Source: Malacoraja senta
Taxonomy: Eukaryota
DNA length: 64,000 nt
Assembly: GCA_038087875.1 (NCBI GenBank)
Contig: JAXLNO010000382.1
Coordinates: 1-64,000, forward strand
Reading direction: 5' to 3'
The notes below the pieces were generated by a model. That model made no database searches, was not told the origin of the DNA, and was given only the letters and a program-made list of their open reading frames with translations. Positions 1 to 11,800 of the stretch are shown here, one piece after another; the stretch's first letter is position 1; every line of letters starts with the position of its first letter. The position numbers and the translations under genes are program-made.

Positions 1-187
1 GGCACGCTGTCCGTGCACCCAGCCTTGGGGTGAGAGACGGGGACGGGGTCATTAAGCGGCGGCCGCTCGCTGCTCAACTCAGCTCCATTCCTGGGCGTCT
101 GCTGCCCTCTGGTGTCCAGCTGTGCGACTGCGGGCTGCTTTCCACCGGGCCGAAGAGCCTGGGATCCAGGCGGACTGGGGACCGCAG
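1..187 (-). other. Possible exon of an unidentified downstream gene, running off the window
   Basis: GC-rich non-repeat sequence after a strong acceptor (ctctcctccccttccag, AG at 188-189). The phase-1 frame is open to position 1 (AVPSPPGSQALRPGGKQPAVAQLDTRG...). No recognisable homology. Confidence 0.3.
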
Positions 188-340
188 CTGGAAGGGGAGG
201 AGAGTGTGCGGAGTTTGTACATTCTCCCCGTGACCTGCGTGGGTTTTCTCCGGGGTCTCCGGTTTCCTCCCACACTCCAAAGAGTGCTGGTTTGTAGGTT
301 AATTGGCTTGGTATAAATCAAAATGTAAATTGTCCCTAGC

Positions 341-1605
341 GATCGATGGATCGATGGATGGATGGATGAATGGATGGATGGATGGATGGAGAGGCCATTC
401 GGCAATTCGAGCCAGCACCGATGATCATTGTGATCATGGCTGATCGTCCCCAATCAACAACCCGTGCCTGCCTTCTCCCCATATCCCTTGACTCCACTAG
501 CCCCTAGAGCTCTATCTAACTCTTTCTTAAATCCATCCAGTGATTTGGCCTCCACTGCCCTCTGTGGCAGGGAATTCCACAAATTCACAACTCTCTGGGT
601 GAAAAAGTGTTTTCTCACCTCAGTCTTAAATGGCCTCCCCTTTATTCTAAGACTGTGGCCCCTGGTTCTGGACACCCAACATTGGGAACATTTCTCCTGC
701 ATCTAGCTTGTCCAGTCCTTTTATAATTTTATATGTTTCTATAAGATCCCCCCTCGTCCTTCTAAACTCCAGTGAATACAAGCCTAGTCTTTTCAATCTT
801 TCCTCATATGACAGTCCCACCATCCCAGGGATCAATCTCGTGAACCTACGCTGCACTGCCTCAATCACAAGGATGTCCTTACTCAAATTAGGAGACCAAA
901 ACTGTTCACAATACTCCAGATGTGGTCTTACCAGAGCCCTATACAACTGCAGAAGAACCTCTTTACTCCTATACTGAAATCCTCTTGTTATGAAGGCCAA
1001 CATTCCATTAACTTTCTTCACTGCCTGCTGTACCTGCACGCCAACTTTCAGTGACCGGTGTACAAGGACGCCCAGGTCTCGCTGCACCTCCCCCTTACCT
1101 AACCTAACCCCATTGAGATAATAATCTGCCCCCTTGTTTTTGCCGCCAAAGTGGATAACCTCACATTTATCTATATTATACTGCATCTGCCACGCATCTG
1201 CCCACTCACTCAACCTGTCCAGGTCACCCTGCAACCTCCTAACATGCTCTTCACAGTTCACACTGCCACCCAGCTTTGTGTCATCCTGTTGCTCCTAATT
1301 CCCTCTTCCAAGTCATTAATATATATGGTAAACAGTTGCGGCCCCAACACCGAGCCTTGCGGCACTCCACTCGCCACTGCCTGCCATTCTGAATAGGACC
1401 CGTTCACTCCTACTCTTTGCTTCCGGTCTGCCAACCAATTTTCTATCCCTGTCAACACCCTACCCCCCAATACCATGTGCTCTAATTTTAGTCACCAGTC
1501 TCCTGTGCGGGACCTTATCAAAGGCTTTCTGAAAGTCTAGATACACTACATCCACTGGCACCCCTTCATCCATTTTACTTGTCACATCCTCAAAAAATTC
1601 CAGAA
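341..1605 (-). mobile_element. CR1/HER1-type LINE, 5'-truncated 3' fragment with (ATCC)n tail
   Basis: Frameshifted RT C-terminal pieces ([29 protein letters not shown]); tetranucleotide tail at about 341-390. Confidence 0.9.
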
Positions 1606-3377
1606 GATAGTGTTAATGTGCGGGGGATTGCTGGTCGGTGCGGACCTGGGCCTGTTTCCATGCTGTGTCTCTAAACTAAAAAAACACTAAAAGATAGAGT
1701 CGTAGAGTGATAGTGCCTGTTTCTCCTCTGGCAGCTTGTTCCATTTGTGTGAAAATGGTACCCCTCAGATTCCGATTAAATGTTTTCCTCTTCACCTTGA
1801 AACTGTCCTCTGGTCCCAGATTCCCCTACTCTGGGCAAGAGTAAAAGATGGTCGATATCAACATCACAACACATTGTGACACACGTCAGGCAGTAGATTT
1901 AAGGCCGTTCATATACCATCTTCTGCAGTGCAAACAGGAAGAGAAACACCAACTTCAAAGAGTGAGGTTTGCCTTCAAAAACATGCTATGTCAACGTCTC
2001 AGCGGCTCACCTGATGGAATTATTGAATGCCTTGTGACCGTTTGGTTCCCTCTAACACAACGACAGGAGAATGGGGTTGAGAGCGAAAGATAGATCAGCC
2101 ATGATTGAATGGCCGGGTGGACGTGATGGGCCGAATGGCTCTTAGAACTTATGACCTTATGAGAGGAAGAATGCAGGGATCGGAGCCCGAGGAAGACACG
2201 GAGGGGGGGGGGGGGGAGTGGGCTGAGGTGGCTCCGAATCCTGGCCATAGTCAGAGGCTCCCATCTGACCCCGGAACCCCACATTACCGGAGGATTATGC
2301 CCGTCTAAACTTGGAGTTCAGTTTCGGTCACCACACTGTAGGCAAGATGCCATTAAGCTGACAAACGTGCAAAGAATATTTACTGGGACTCGAGGGCCCG
2401 GGCAATGCAAACATAGATATATAGAAAAATAGGTGCCCTTCGAGCCAGCACCGCCATTCAATATGATCATGGCTGATCATCCACAATTAGTACCCCGTTC
2501 CTGCTTTCTCCCCATATCCCTTGATTCCGTTAGCCCCAAAAGCTTAATCTAACTCTCTTTTGAAAACATCCAGTGAATTGGCCTCCACTGCCTTCTGTGG
2601 CAGAGAATTTCCCAGATTCACAACTCTCTGGGTGAAGACGTTTTCCCCCATCTCAGTCCTAAATGGCCTACCCCTTAATTCTTATACTGTGACCCCCTGA
2701 TTCTGGACTCCCCCAACATGGGGAACATTTTACCTGTATCTAGCCTGTCCAATCTTTTAAGAATTGTTATATATTTCTATAAGATCAATAGGGAAAGAAT
2801 GGACATGCTAGGACTTCATTCCTTGGAGTGCAGGAGGTTGAAGGGTGAACTTATAGAGAGGGTGTATAAGATCACGGGGGGAATAGACGGGGTGAATGCA
2901 GGGTCTTTTACTCAAGCATTAATGAACCAAAAAGTAGAGTAAAGTTTAAAGAACCGTCTCGACCCGAAAAGTCACCCACTCCTTCTCCCCAGAGATGCTG
3001 CCTGACCCACTGACTTACTCCAGCTTATCTTTGGTTTAAGCCAGCATCTGCAGTTCCTTCCTGCACAAAATGTAGGGTGTAAGTTTAGGTGAGAGGGGAA
3101 ATATTTCATTGGAAACTGATGGGTAGAGGATGGTGGGGGTGTGGAACAGCTAGCAGTGAAAGTGCTTGAGGACGTTAGAACAGCATAATTTAAAAAAAGA
3201 ATAGATTCATTGTTTTTGTTTGTAATTTTACTATCCTAACTGCCTCAACAAATTACTCTAGTAGCTGTCTGCGAATTAATGAATGATGGGTGAATTTGCA
3301 CAGATACATGGATGCTAGTGGTTTAAAATAAGTCTGTGTGTGTCTGATACTGTGAACATGCATCTTAAACATGTATT

Positions 3378-3925
3378 GTGCAGGAATGAACTGCAGATGT
3401 GTAGCAAGGAACTGCAGTGTAGCAAAAAACTGCAGATGTGTCGCAAGGAACTGCAGATGTGCAGCAAAAAACTGCAGATGTGTCGCAAGGAACTGCAGAT
3501 GTGTAGCAAGGAACTGCAGATGTGTAGCAAGGAACTGCAGATGTGTAGCAAGGAACTGCAGATGTGTAGCTAAAAACTGCAGATGTGAAGTAAGGAACTG
3601 CAGATGTGTAGCAAGGAACTGCAGAGGTGTAGCAAGGAACTGCAGATGTGTAGGAAGGAACTACAGATGTGTAGCAAGGAACTGCAGATGTGTAGCAAGG
3701 AACTGCAGAGGTGTAGCAAGGAACCGCAGATGTGTAGGAAGGAACTACAGATGTGTAGCAAGGAACTGCAGATGTGTAGCAAGGAACTGCAGATGTGTAG
3801 CAAGGAACTGCAGAGGTGTAGCAAGGAACTGCAGATGTGTAGGAAGGAACTGCAGATGTGTAGCAAGGGACTGCGGATGTGTAGCAAGGAACTGCAGATG
3901 TGTAGCAAGGAAGTGCAGATGTGTA
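3378..3925. repeat. Minisatellite, 21-bp unit GTGTAGCAAGGAACTGCAGAT, about 26 copies
   Basis: Directly visible; the 7-codon period explains the repetitive ORFs on both strands. Confidence 0.97.
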
Positions 3926-4349
3926 AAACCGAAGACGGATACAAAAATGGCCTCACGGGAATCGAATGGTTAACGGCAGCTTACAGTCCAGTGGTATGAA
4001 TATTGATTTATCTAACCCCAGCAGTCCCTCTCTCTTCATCCCTCCCCCACCCCAGACGCACCAGCTTCTCGTTTTCACCCAACAAACAGCTTACAATGGC
4101 CTGTTTCCTTTATCACCGTTACATTTTTGCATATCTTTCATGCATTGTACTTTATCTCTCAACATCATCCTCTATATCACTTGTTTCCCTTTTCTCTGGT
4201 CTGAAGATGGGTCTCGACCAAAAATGTCACCTAGTCCTTCTCTCCACAGATGTTGCCTGTCCCACTAAGGAACTACAGATGCTGGTTTAAACCGAAGATA
4301 GACACAGAATGCTGGAGTAACTCAGCATCTATGGATTGAAGGGACGAGT

Positions 4350-4377
4350 GACGTTTCGAGTCGAGACCCTTCTTCAG
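4350..4377 (-). ncRNA. Minimal hammerhead ribozyme motif (PLE-derived)
   Basis: AGU-CUGAAGA-A-GGGU-CUCG-ACUC-GAAAC-GUC-ACU; 3-bp helix I (AGU/ACU). Confidence 0.65.
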
Positions 4378-4632
4378 ACTAGTGTATGTGTATGTGTAAA
4401 GTGTATGTATATGTGTCTCAGTGTGTCTGTCTCAGTGAATGTGTGTCTTAATGTGCACGTGTGCGTCTGCAACTGTCTTCTAATGTGTACATGTTAGTCT
4501 GCATGCATCTCATCATGTGCTTTAGTGCGTGCACTGCTTGTGGCTCTTAATGTGTGTGTACACACGTCTCTTTATGTATGTGCATGTGTGTGTTTTAACA
4601 TGCATTTCTCTGTCTGTGTCTCTCTTGATATA

Positions 4633-6248
4633 CAGTGGCTTGCAAAAGTATTCATACCCCTTGAACTTTTTCCACATTTTGTCACGTTACAACCACAAAC
4701 GTAAATGTATTTTATTGGGATTTTATGTGATAGACCAACAAAAAGTGGCGCATAATTGTGAAGTGGAAGGAAAATGATACATGGTTTCAAATTTTTTTAC
4801 AAATAAAAAACTGAAAAGTGTCGCGTGCAAAAGTATTCAGCCCCCTTTACTCTGATACCCCTAAATAAAATCCAGTGCAACCAATTGCCTTCAGAAGTCA
4901 CCTAATTAGTAAATAGAGTCCACTTGTGTGTAATCTAATCTCAGTATAAATACAGCTGTTCTGTGAAGGCCTCAGAGGTTTGTTAGAGAACATTAGTGAA
5001 CAAACAGCATCACGAAGCCCAAGGAACACACCAGACAGGTCAGGGATAAAGTTGTGGAGAAGTTTAAGCAGGGTTAGGTTATAAACAAATATCCCAAGCT
5101 TTGAACATCTCACGGAGCACTGTTCAATCCATCATCCGAAAATGGAAAGAGTATGGCACAACTGCAAACCTACCAAGACATGGCCGTCCACCTAAACTGA
5201 CAGGCCGGGCAAGGAGAGCATTGATCAGAGAAGCAGCCAAGAGGCCCATGGTAACTCTGGAGGAGCGGCAGAGATCCACAGCTCAGGTGGGAGAATCTGT
5301 CCACAGGACAACTATTAGTCGTGCACTCCACAAATCGGGCCTTTATGGAAGAGTGGCAAGAAGAAAGCCATTGTTGAAAAAAAGCCACAAGAAGTCCCGT
5401 TTGCAGTTTGCCACAAGCCATGTGGGGGACACAGCAAACATGTGGACGTAGGTGCTCTGGTCAGATGAGACCAAAATGGAAGTTTTTGGCCTAAATGCAA
5501 AACGCTATGTGTGGCGGAAACCTAACACTGCACATCACCCTGAACACACCATCCCCACTGTGAAACATGGTGGTGGCAGCATCATGCTGTGGGGATGCTT
5601 TTCTTCAGCAGGGACAGGGAAGCTGCTCAGAGTTGATGGGAAGATGGATGGAGCCAAATACAGGGCAATCTTGGAAGAAAACCTGTTAGAGTCTGCAAAA
5701 GACTTGAGACTGGGGCGGAGGTTCACCTTCCAGCAGGACAATGACCCTAAACATACAGCCAGAGCTACAATGGAATGGTTTAGATCAAAGCATATTCATG
5801 TGTTAGAATGGCCCAGTCAAAGTCCAGACCTAAATCCAATTGAGAATCTCTGGCAAGACTTGAAAATTGCTGTTCACAGACGCTCTCCATCCAATCTGAC
5901 TGAGCTTGAGCTATTTTGCAAAGAAGAATGGGCAAAAATGTCAGTCTCTAGATGTGCAAAGCTGGTAGAGACATACCCCAAAAGACTTGCAGCTGTAATT
6001 GCAGCGAAAGGTGGTTCTACAAAGTATTGACTCAGGGGGGCTGAATACTTTTGCACGCGACACTTTTCAGTTTTTTATTTGTAAAAAAATTTGAAAACCA
6101 TGTATCATTTTCCTTCCACTTCACAATTATGCACCACTTTGTGTTGGTCTATCACATAAAATCCCAATAAAATACATTTACGTTTGTGGTTGTAACGTGA
6201 CAAAATGTGGAAAAGTTCAAGGGGTATGAAAACTTTTGCAAGCCACTG
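4633..6248 (+). mobile_element. Tc1/mariner (DD34E) DNA transposon, Passport-like, full length
   Basis: About 215-bp TIRs (CAGTGGCTTGCAAAAG... at 4633-4846 and 6034-6248), TA target duplication on both sides, inner and outer direct repeats (TGCAAAAGTATTCA), transposase inside. Confidence 0.96.
5012..6030 (+). pseudogene. Tc1 transposase, inactivated
   Basis: [40 protein letters not shown] motifs. Start appears mutated to ACG (5012), a 1-bp frameshift near 5066 and an in-frame TAG at 5449-5451. Confidence 0.92.
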
Positions 6249-6250
6249 TA

Positions 6251-6975
6251 TATGTGTGTGTGGCTCTTTGTGTGTGCGCGTGTGTCTCTCCAAGTGTGTG
6301 TGTCTCTTGGTGAGTAATGTATATGTGTAATGTAAATATGTGTGTGTACCTCACATAGGGAGCATGTGTCTATTGATGTGTATGTGTGTTAGTATGTGTG
6401 TGTCTCTCTATTGATGTATTTACCTGTGTGTTACTTGATGTGTTCAATAATGTGTATATATATTTGTGTGTCTATTAATGTGTGTGTCCGAAGAAGGGTC
6501 TCGGCCCGAAACGTCACCCATTCCTTCTATCCTGAGACGTTGCCACAACATACTTGTGAACATACGTTGAGTTACTCCAGCATTTTGTGTCTATCTGTGT
6601 ATGGGTGTTTCTTGTGTGTGTGTGCGTATTAATATATATGTTTTGTTGTGTGTATGTCTATTAATGTGTGATTTGTAGTGTGTTTTGTAGTGTGTGTGTG
6701 TGTGTGTGTGACTTAGTGTGTGTGTGTGTCTATTAATGTGTGTGTATAGTAGTGTGCGTGTGTTTCATGGTGTGTGTGTGTCTATTGATGTGTGATTTGT
6801 AGTGTGTTTTGTAGTGTGTATGTGTGTGTGTGTGTGTGTGTGTTACTTAGTGTGTGTGTGTGTGTCTATTAATGTGTGTGTACAGTAGTGTGCGTGTGTT
6901 TCATGGTGTGTGTGTGTCTCTATTGATGTCTATGTGTGTTGTAGTGTGTTTTGAAGTGTTGTGTGTGTGTTTCTT

Positions 6976-7011
<36 letters not shown>

Positions 7012-7012
7012 T
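6251..7012. repeat. (GT)n-rich degenerate microsatellite region with an internal duplication
   Basis: Long GT runs; block ctattaatgtgtg...gtagtgtg repeated between about 6655 and 6930. Confidence 0.85.
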
Positions 7013-9977
7013 ATTACTGCCCGTGTGACAGATCCTGGTCTCCAGTGTCCTCTGGATCATCCAGTGCCCTCTGGCCACTGCTTCATCGCTGGTCTACAAC
7101 AACACTTGTACCACCCCCCCCCCCCTACACACACACACACACACACGCGCCACAACACACTTGTGAAGAGACTACACCGGCCTCTCCCACACACAGTGTG
7201 AAACTCTAGATGTGAGATGTCAGGGATTTGGTGGGCAGTTCAGAGCTGAGCTTCCTTCCTCTGTCTGGGCTGCTGTGGGTGGGAAAGGACGGGCAAGAGG
7301 GCAGGACAAAGCTCAGTGAGGTGGCTCCACCGGTCTCTGAGGGAATCAAGGAGTGGGATGTGATCTCCGCCGATGGACTCCAGCTCTCTAGAAGGATTAT
7401 GGGGAAGCACGGTGGCGCAGTGGCCTCACAACACCAGAGACACAGGTTTGACCCTGACTACGGGTGCTGTCTGTACGGAGTTTGCATGTTTTCCTTGTGA
7501 CTTTGTGGCTTTTCTCCAGGTGTTCCGGGTTCCTCCCACACTCCAAAGACATGCAGGTTTGTAGGTTCATTGGCTGCGGTAAAAATTGTTTTCAGTGTGT
7601 ATAGGATAGTGCTAGTGTGAGCACTGGTCAGTGCGGACTCAGTGGGCTAAAGGGCACGTTTCTGCGCTGTATCTCTAAGGTTTAAAGTTATTCTGGCATC
7701 TCAATAAAGTAAATGATTATGATCTGGACCAAGATGAGGGGAGGAGACCAAGAGAAGGGTGGGATAGGGGGAGAGAAGGGTGGGATAGGGGAGAAAATTG
7801 TGCACATGTGGAGCACAGGAATATGAAGGGGGTGGGGGGAGATGGAACGGTGTTACTTAAAATTGGAGAATTCAATGTTGGGTTGTAAACTGCCCAAGCG
7901 GAATATGAGGTGCTGCTACTCCAGTTTGTGTGTGATCTCTCTCAGACAATGGAGGGGGCCCAGGACAGGCACGCAGTTATTTCTCCCACCACAAGCTCAT
8001 GTCATAGGAGTAGAATTAGGCCATTCGGCCCATCAAGTCTACTCCGCCATCAATCCTGGCTGATCTATCGCTCCCTCCTAATCCCATTCTCTTGCCTTCT
8101 CCCCATCTCCTCTGACACCTGTGCTAATCAAAAATCTATCTCCCTGCCTCAAAAATATCCACTACTTGGCCTCCACAGTGTCTGTGGTAGTATTCCACAG
8201 ATTCACCAGCCTCTGACTAAAGAAATTCCTCCTCATCCAGATGCTGATCATAAACGAGACTGCCCAGTGCCTTCCTAACCGCTTGCTGATAACTGTCTGT
8301 AGTTTGTGCAAGCGAATACCTAGATCGCTGGGAACCCCACTCACTGCCTGGAGGGGGGGGGGATCCTGCCCGGAGGCGAGTAGGGAGATGGAAGGGGGGC
8401 AACTTCACTGGTGGGGGAGGGGGGCAACGTTACTGGTGGGGGAGGGGGGCAACTTTACTGGCGGGGTGGGCGATATGACTAGTGAAGGAGTGGAGGGGGA
8501 TAACCTGAATGGCAGGGGTGGGGGCAACTTTACTGGTGAGGATAGGTGGCAACATTACTGGCAGAGGAGGGGGCTCCTTGACTTGCGAGGGAGGGGGCAA
8601 CGAAAATGGTGGGGGAGGGGGGGCCAATTGACTGGTATGGGAGGGGATGGTGCAACTTTACAGGCAGGGGGAGGGGGTGTTACTGGCAGGAAAGGGGAGG
8701 GGAGCGGGGTAACAGGAATGTACGTTCTCCCTGTGACTGCTTATGTTTTCTCCGGGTGCTTCTGTTTCCTCCCACGCTCCAAAGACATTCAGGTTTGCAG
8801 GTTAATTACCTTGGGTATAAATGTACAATTGTCCCTAGTGTGTGTAGGATAGTGTTAGTGTGCGGGGACCACTGGTCGGTGTGGACTCGGTGGGCCAAAG
8901 GGCCTGTTTCTGTGCTGTATCTCTAAACTAAACTAAAGAAACTCAGATTACTATCTAAATGGAGTCAAGTTGGGAAAAGGGGAAATATAACGGGATCTGG
9001 GGGTCCTTGTACATCAGTCTATAAAAGTAATCATGCAGGTACAGCAGGCAGTGAAGAAAGCGAATGGCATGTTGGCCTTTATAACAAGAGGAATCGAATA
9101 TAGGAGCAAAGAGGTCCTTCTGCAGTTGTACAGAGCCCTAGTGAGACCACACCTGGTAAGAACCAGGGGCCACAGTCTAAGAATAAGGAGTAAGCCATTT
9201 AGAAAGGAGACGAGGAAACACTTTTTCTCAGTGGCGAGTCTGTGGAATTCTCTGCCTCAGAGGGCGGTGGAGGGCGGTTCTCTGGATGCTTTCAAGAGAG
9301 AGCTAGATAGGGCTCTTAAAAATAGCGGAGTCAGGGGATATGGTGAGAAGGCAGGAACATGGGTACTGATTGTGGATGATCAGCCATGATCACATTGAAT
9401 GGTGGTGCTGGCTCGAAGGGCCGAATGTCCTACTCCTGTACTTATTGTCTATAAACTAAACTGAAAACTAATCCCAGAGTATAGGGAAGACTCAATGAAC
9501 TGCCGATGCTGGAATCTCGAGCTAATCACAAAGTGCCGGAGGAAGTCGGTGGGCCAGGCTGCATCTGTGGCAGGGAATGGACAGGACCCTTCCTCACACT
9601 GATGGAGGGAAGCAGGTTAATTGGCTTGGTAGAAATGCAAATTGTCCCTAGTGTGTGTAGTGCAGCGTTAATCTGCGAGGGCACCTTCTGCGCCCCCAAG
9701 ATCCGCTGCCGGAAGCATCCTCAGGGCAAGAAGGTGGCCGGGAGAGGAGAGGGACGACAGTTCGGGGGACCACCAGAGAGAGGCGACGGCTGCAATGGCA
9801 CTGCATGTCCAGTTGCAGTAGGGACTGCGAAATGGTGCCCAAAGCTGGCAACTCTTGCATTTGATCTCACCGGAGCTGTTAATATTAATTATTTACTTAA
9901 CAGGGGATTGTACTTGCGTATGGCAATGATCTTGTTGATCTGTCTGCAAAAAACAAACAAAAACAAATCTCACTGTA

Positions 9978-10620
9978 GATACACAAAATACTGGAGTAAC
10001 TCAGCGGGACAGGCGGCATCTCTGGGGAGAAGGAATGGGTGACGTTTTGGGTCGAGACCCTTCTTCAGACTGAGTCAGGGGAGAGGGAAAAACAAGAGAA
10101 ATGGAAAGTTACCTAGAACAAATAAATGAAAGGTATGCAAAAGGACAAATCAAAGCCAGCAGCGGAAAGGTCGAGCCCACAATGGTCCATTGTTGGCTGT
10201 GGAGAAGGTCTTCTTCTTATCGAGTCCACACACAAGATTAGAAGTTGTTCAGCCAGAGCTGAACACACTTCCCGGCATCTGCATACAATGGTCGCTTCTT
10301 GTGCGTGGTGGTGGAAAGAGTAGTGAAAACAGGGCCGCGAAGTGAACGCTCTTTCCTTGACCCCTGTGGGGAAGGTGATAACGAGCGATATACACAGTGA
10401 AACTAGTACCACAACTAGGGTGGGGGAGGGAAGGAGAGAGTGGGGGGGGGGGGGAGGTGCAAGAGTTACTTGAAGTTAGAAAAATCAATATTCATACTGC
10501 TGGGTTGTAAGCCAAATATGAGATGCTATTCTCCAATTTGCGCTAGGCCTCACTCTGACAGTGGAGGAGGGCCAGGACAGAAAGGTCAGTGTGGGAATGG
10601 AAGTTAAAGTGTTTGGCATC
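9978..10620 (-). mobile_element. Penelope-like retroelement 3' fragment (GIY-YIG endonuclease C-terminus plus 3' terminal segment)
   Basis: Minus strand carries a degenerate SHTDLSVL..LHCQSEA..KLE..HLIF...NIDFSNFK* block followed by the terminal segment containing the CTGAAGA...AAAC motif. Confidence 0.75.
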
Positions 10621-10818
10621 TTGGCACTTTAGTCAGAGGGTGGTGAATCTGTGGAATTAATTGCCACGGAGTGCTGCGGAGGCCGTCAATTGAATTTTTA
10701 TGGTGGAGAATGAAAGGTTCTTGATTAGTATGGGTGTCAGGGGTTATGGGGAGAAGGCAGGAGAATGGGGTTTAGAGGGAAAGATACACCAACCATGATT
10801 GAATGGCGGAGTAGACTT

Positions 10819-11290
10819 GTGTCGGGAGGAACTGCAGATGCTGGTTTAAACCGAAGATAGACACAAAAAGCTGGAGTAACTCAGCGGGTCAGGCAGTATC
10901 TCTGGAGAGAAAGAATAGGTGATGTTTCGGGTCGAGACTCTTCTTCAAACTGAGTCAAGGGAAAGAGAAACGAGAGATGTAGATCGTGATGTGGAGAGGT
11001 ATCGAACAAATTAATGAAAGATATACAAGAAAAGTAACGATGATAAAGGAAACATGCCATTGTTAGCTGTGGGCTAGGTGAATTCCCACACTGACCTTTC
11101 TGTCCTGGGCCCCCTCCATTGTCAGAGTGAGGCCAAGTGCAAATTGGAGGATCAGCACCTCGTATTTCGCTTGGGCTGCTTACAAGCCAGCGGTATAAAT
11201 TTTGATTTCTCTAACTTCAAGTAACCCTTTCATTCCCCTCTTTCCTTCCCTCCCCCACCCAAGTCGTACCAGCTTCAAAGGCGTCTCGTT
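10819..11290. mobile_element. Penelope-like element with inverted terminal segment (minus, 10819-11080) abutting a plus-strand ORF end
   Basis: About 11084-11224 translates SHTDLSVLGPLHCQSEAKCKLEDQHLVFRLGCLQASGINFDFSNFK*, resembling PLE endonuclease C-termini; inverted terminal repeats are typical of PLE insertions. Confidence 0.75.
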
Positions 11291-11430
11291 GAATGTCATT
11301 GTCTGTAAGACGCTCTCTCACCCAGCAGCAGTGGTAGAGTTACTGCCTGACAGTGCCGGAGACCCGGTGCGATCCTGAGTACGGGTGCTGTCTGTACGGA
11401 GTTTGTACGTTCTCCCAAGATTCAAGAGTT

Positions 11431-11800
11431 TTTAAAAAGGCTTCTCACCCACCACTCCACCTCCAGGCCCCTCAGATCGGCCGACTTGGGGTTGCTGAAT
11501 ATCCCACGGTCTAGGCATAAGCTCAGGGGTGATCGCACCTTTGCGGTTGCAGCCCCTAGACTGTGGAACAGCATCCCTTTTCCCATCAGAACCGCCCCCT
11601 CCATCGACTCTTTTAAGTCAAGACTAAAGACTTATCTATACTCCCAAGACTTTCCTGACGTCCTCTGAGTGAGGGCTACATGTATATATGTATGTAGTTT
11701 GTTTTGTTGCGCTATTCTTATAACAAATGTAAAGCACTTTGGCCAACGAGAGTTGTTTTTTAAATGTGCTATATAAATAAATGTGACTTGACTTGACTTA
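11431..11800 (+). mobile_element. L2-clade LINE 3' fragment
   Basis: RPLRSADLGLLNIPR...GDRTFAVAAPRLWNSIP...FKSRLKTYLY, then an L2-type tail (gtaaagcacttt...gtgctatataaataaa) and (GACTT)n. Confidence 0.85.

Noticed and set aside
3315..3999. Cys-rich repetitive ORFs resembling metallothionein or keratin-associated proteins
   Set aside because: By-product of a 21-bp minisatellite open in several frames on both strands; the unit derives from a TE end.
7030..7420. Possible plus-strand terminal exon after the GT tract
   Set aside because: Weak acceptor, no recognisable protein in any frame, interrupted by a CA microsatellite.
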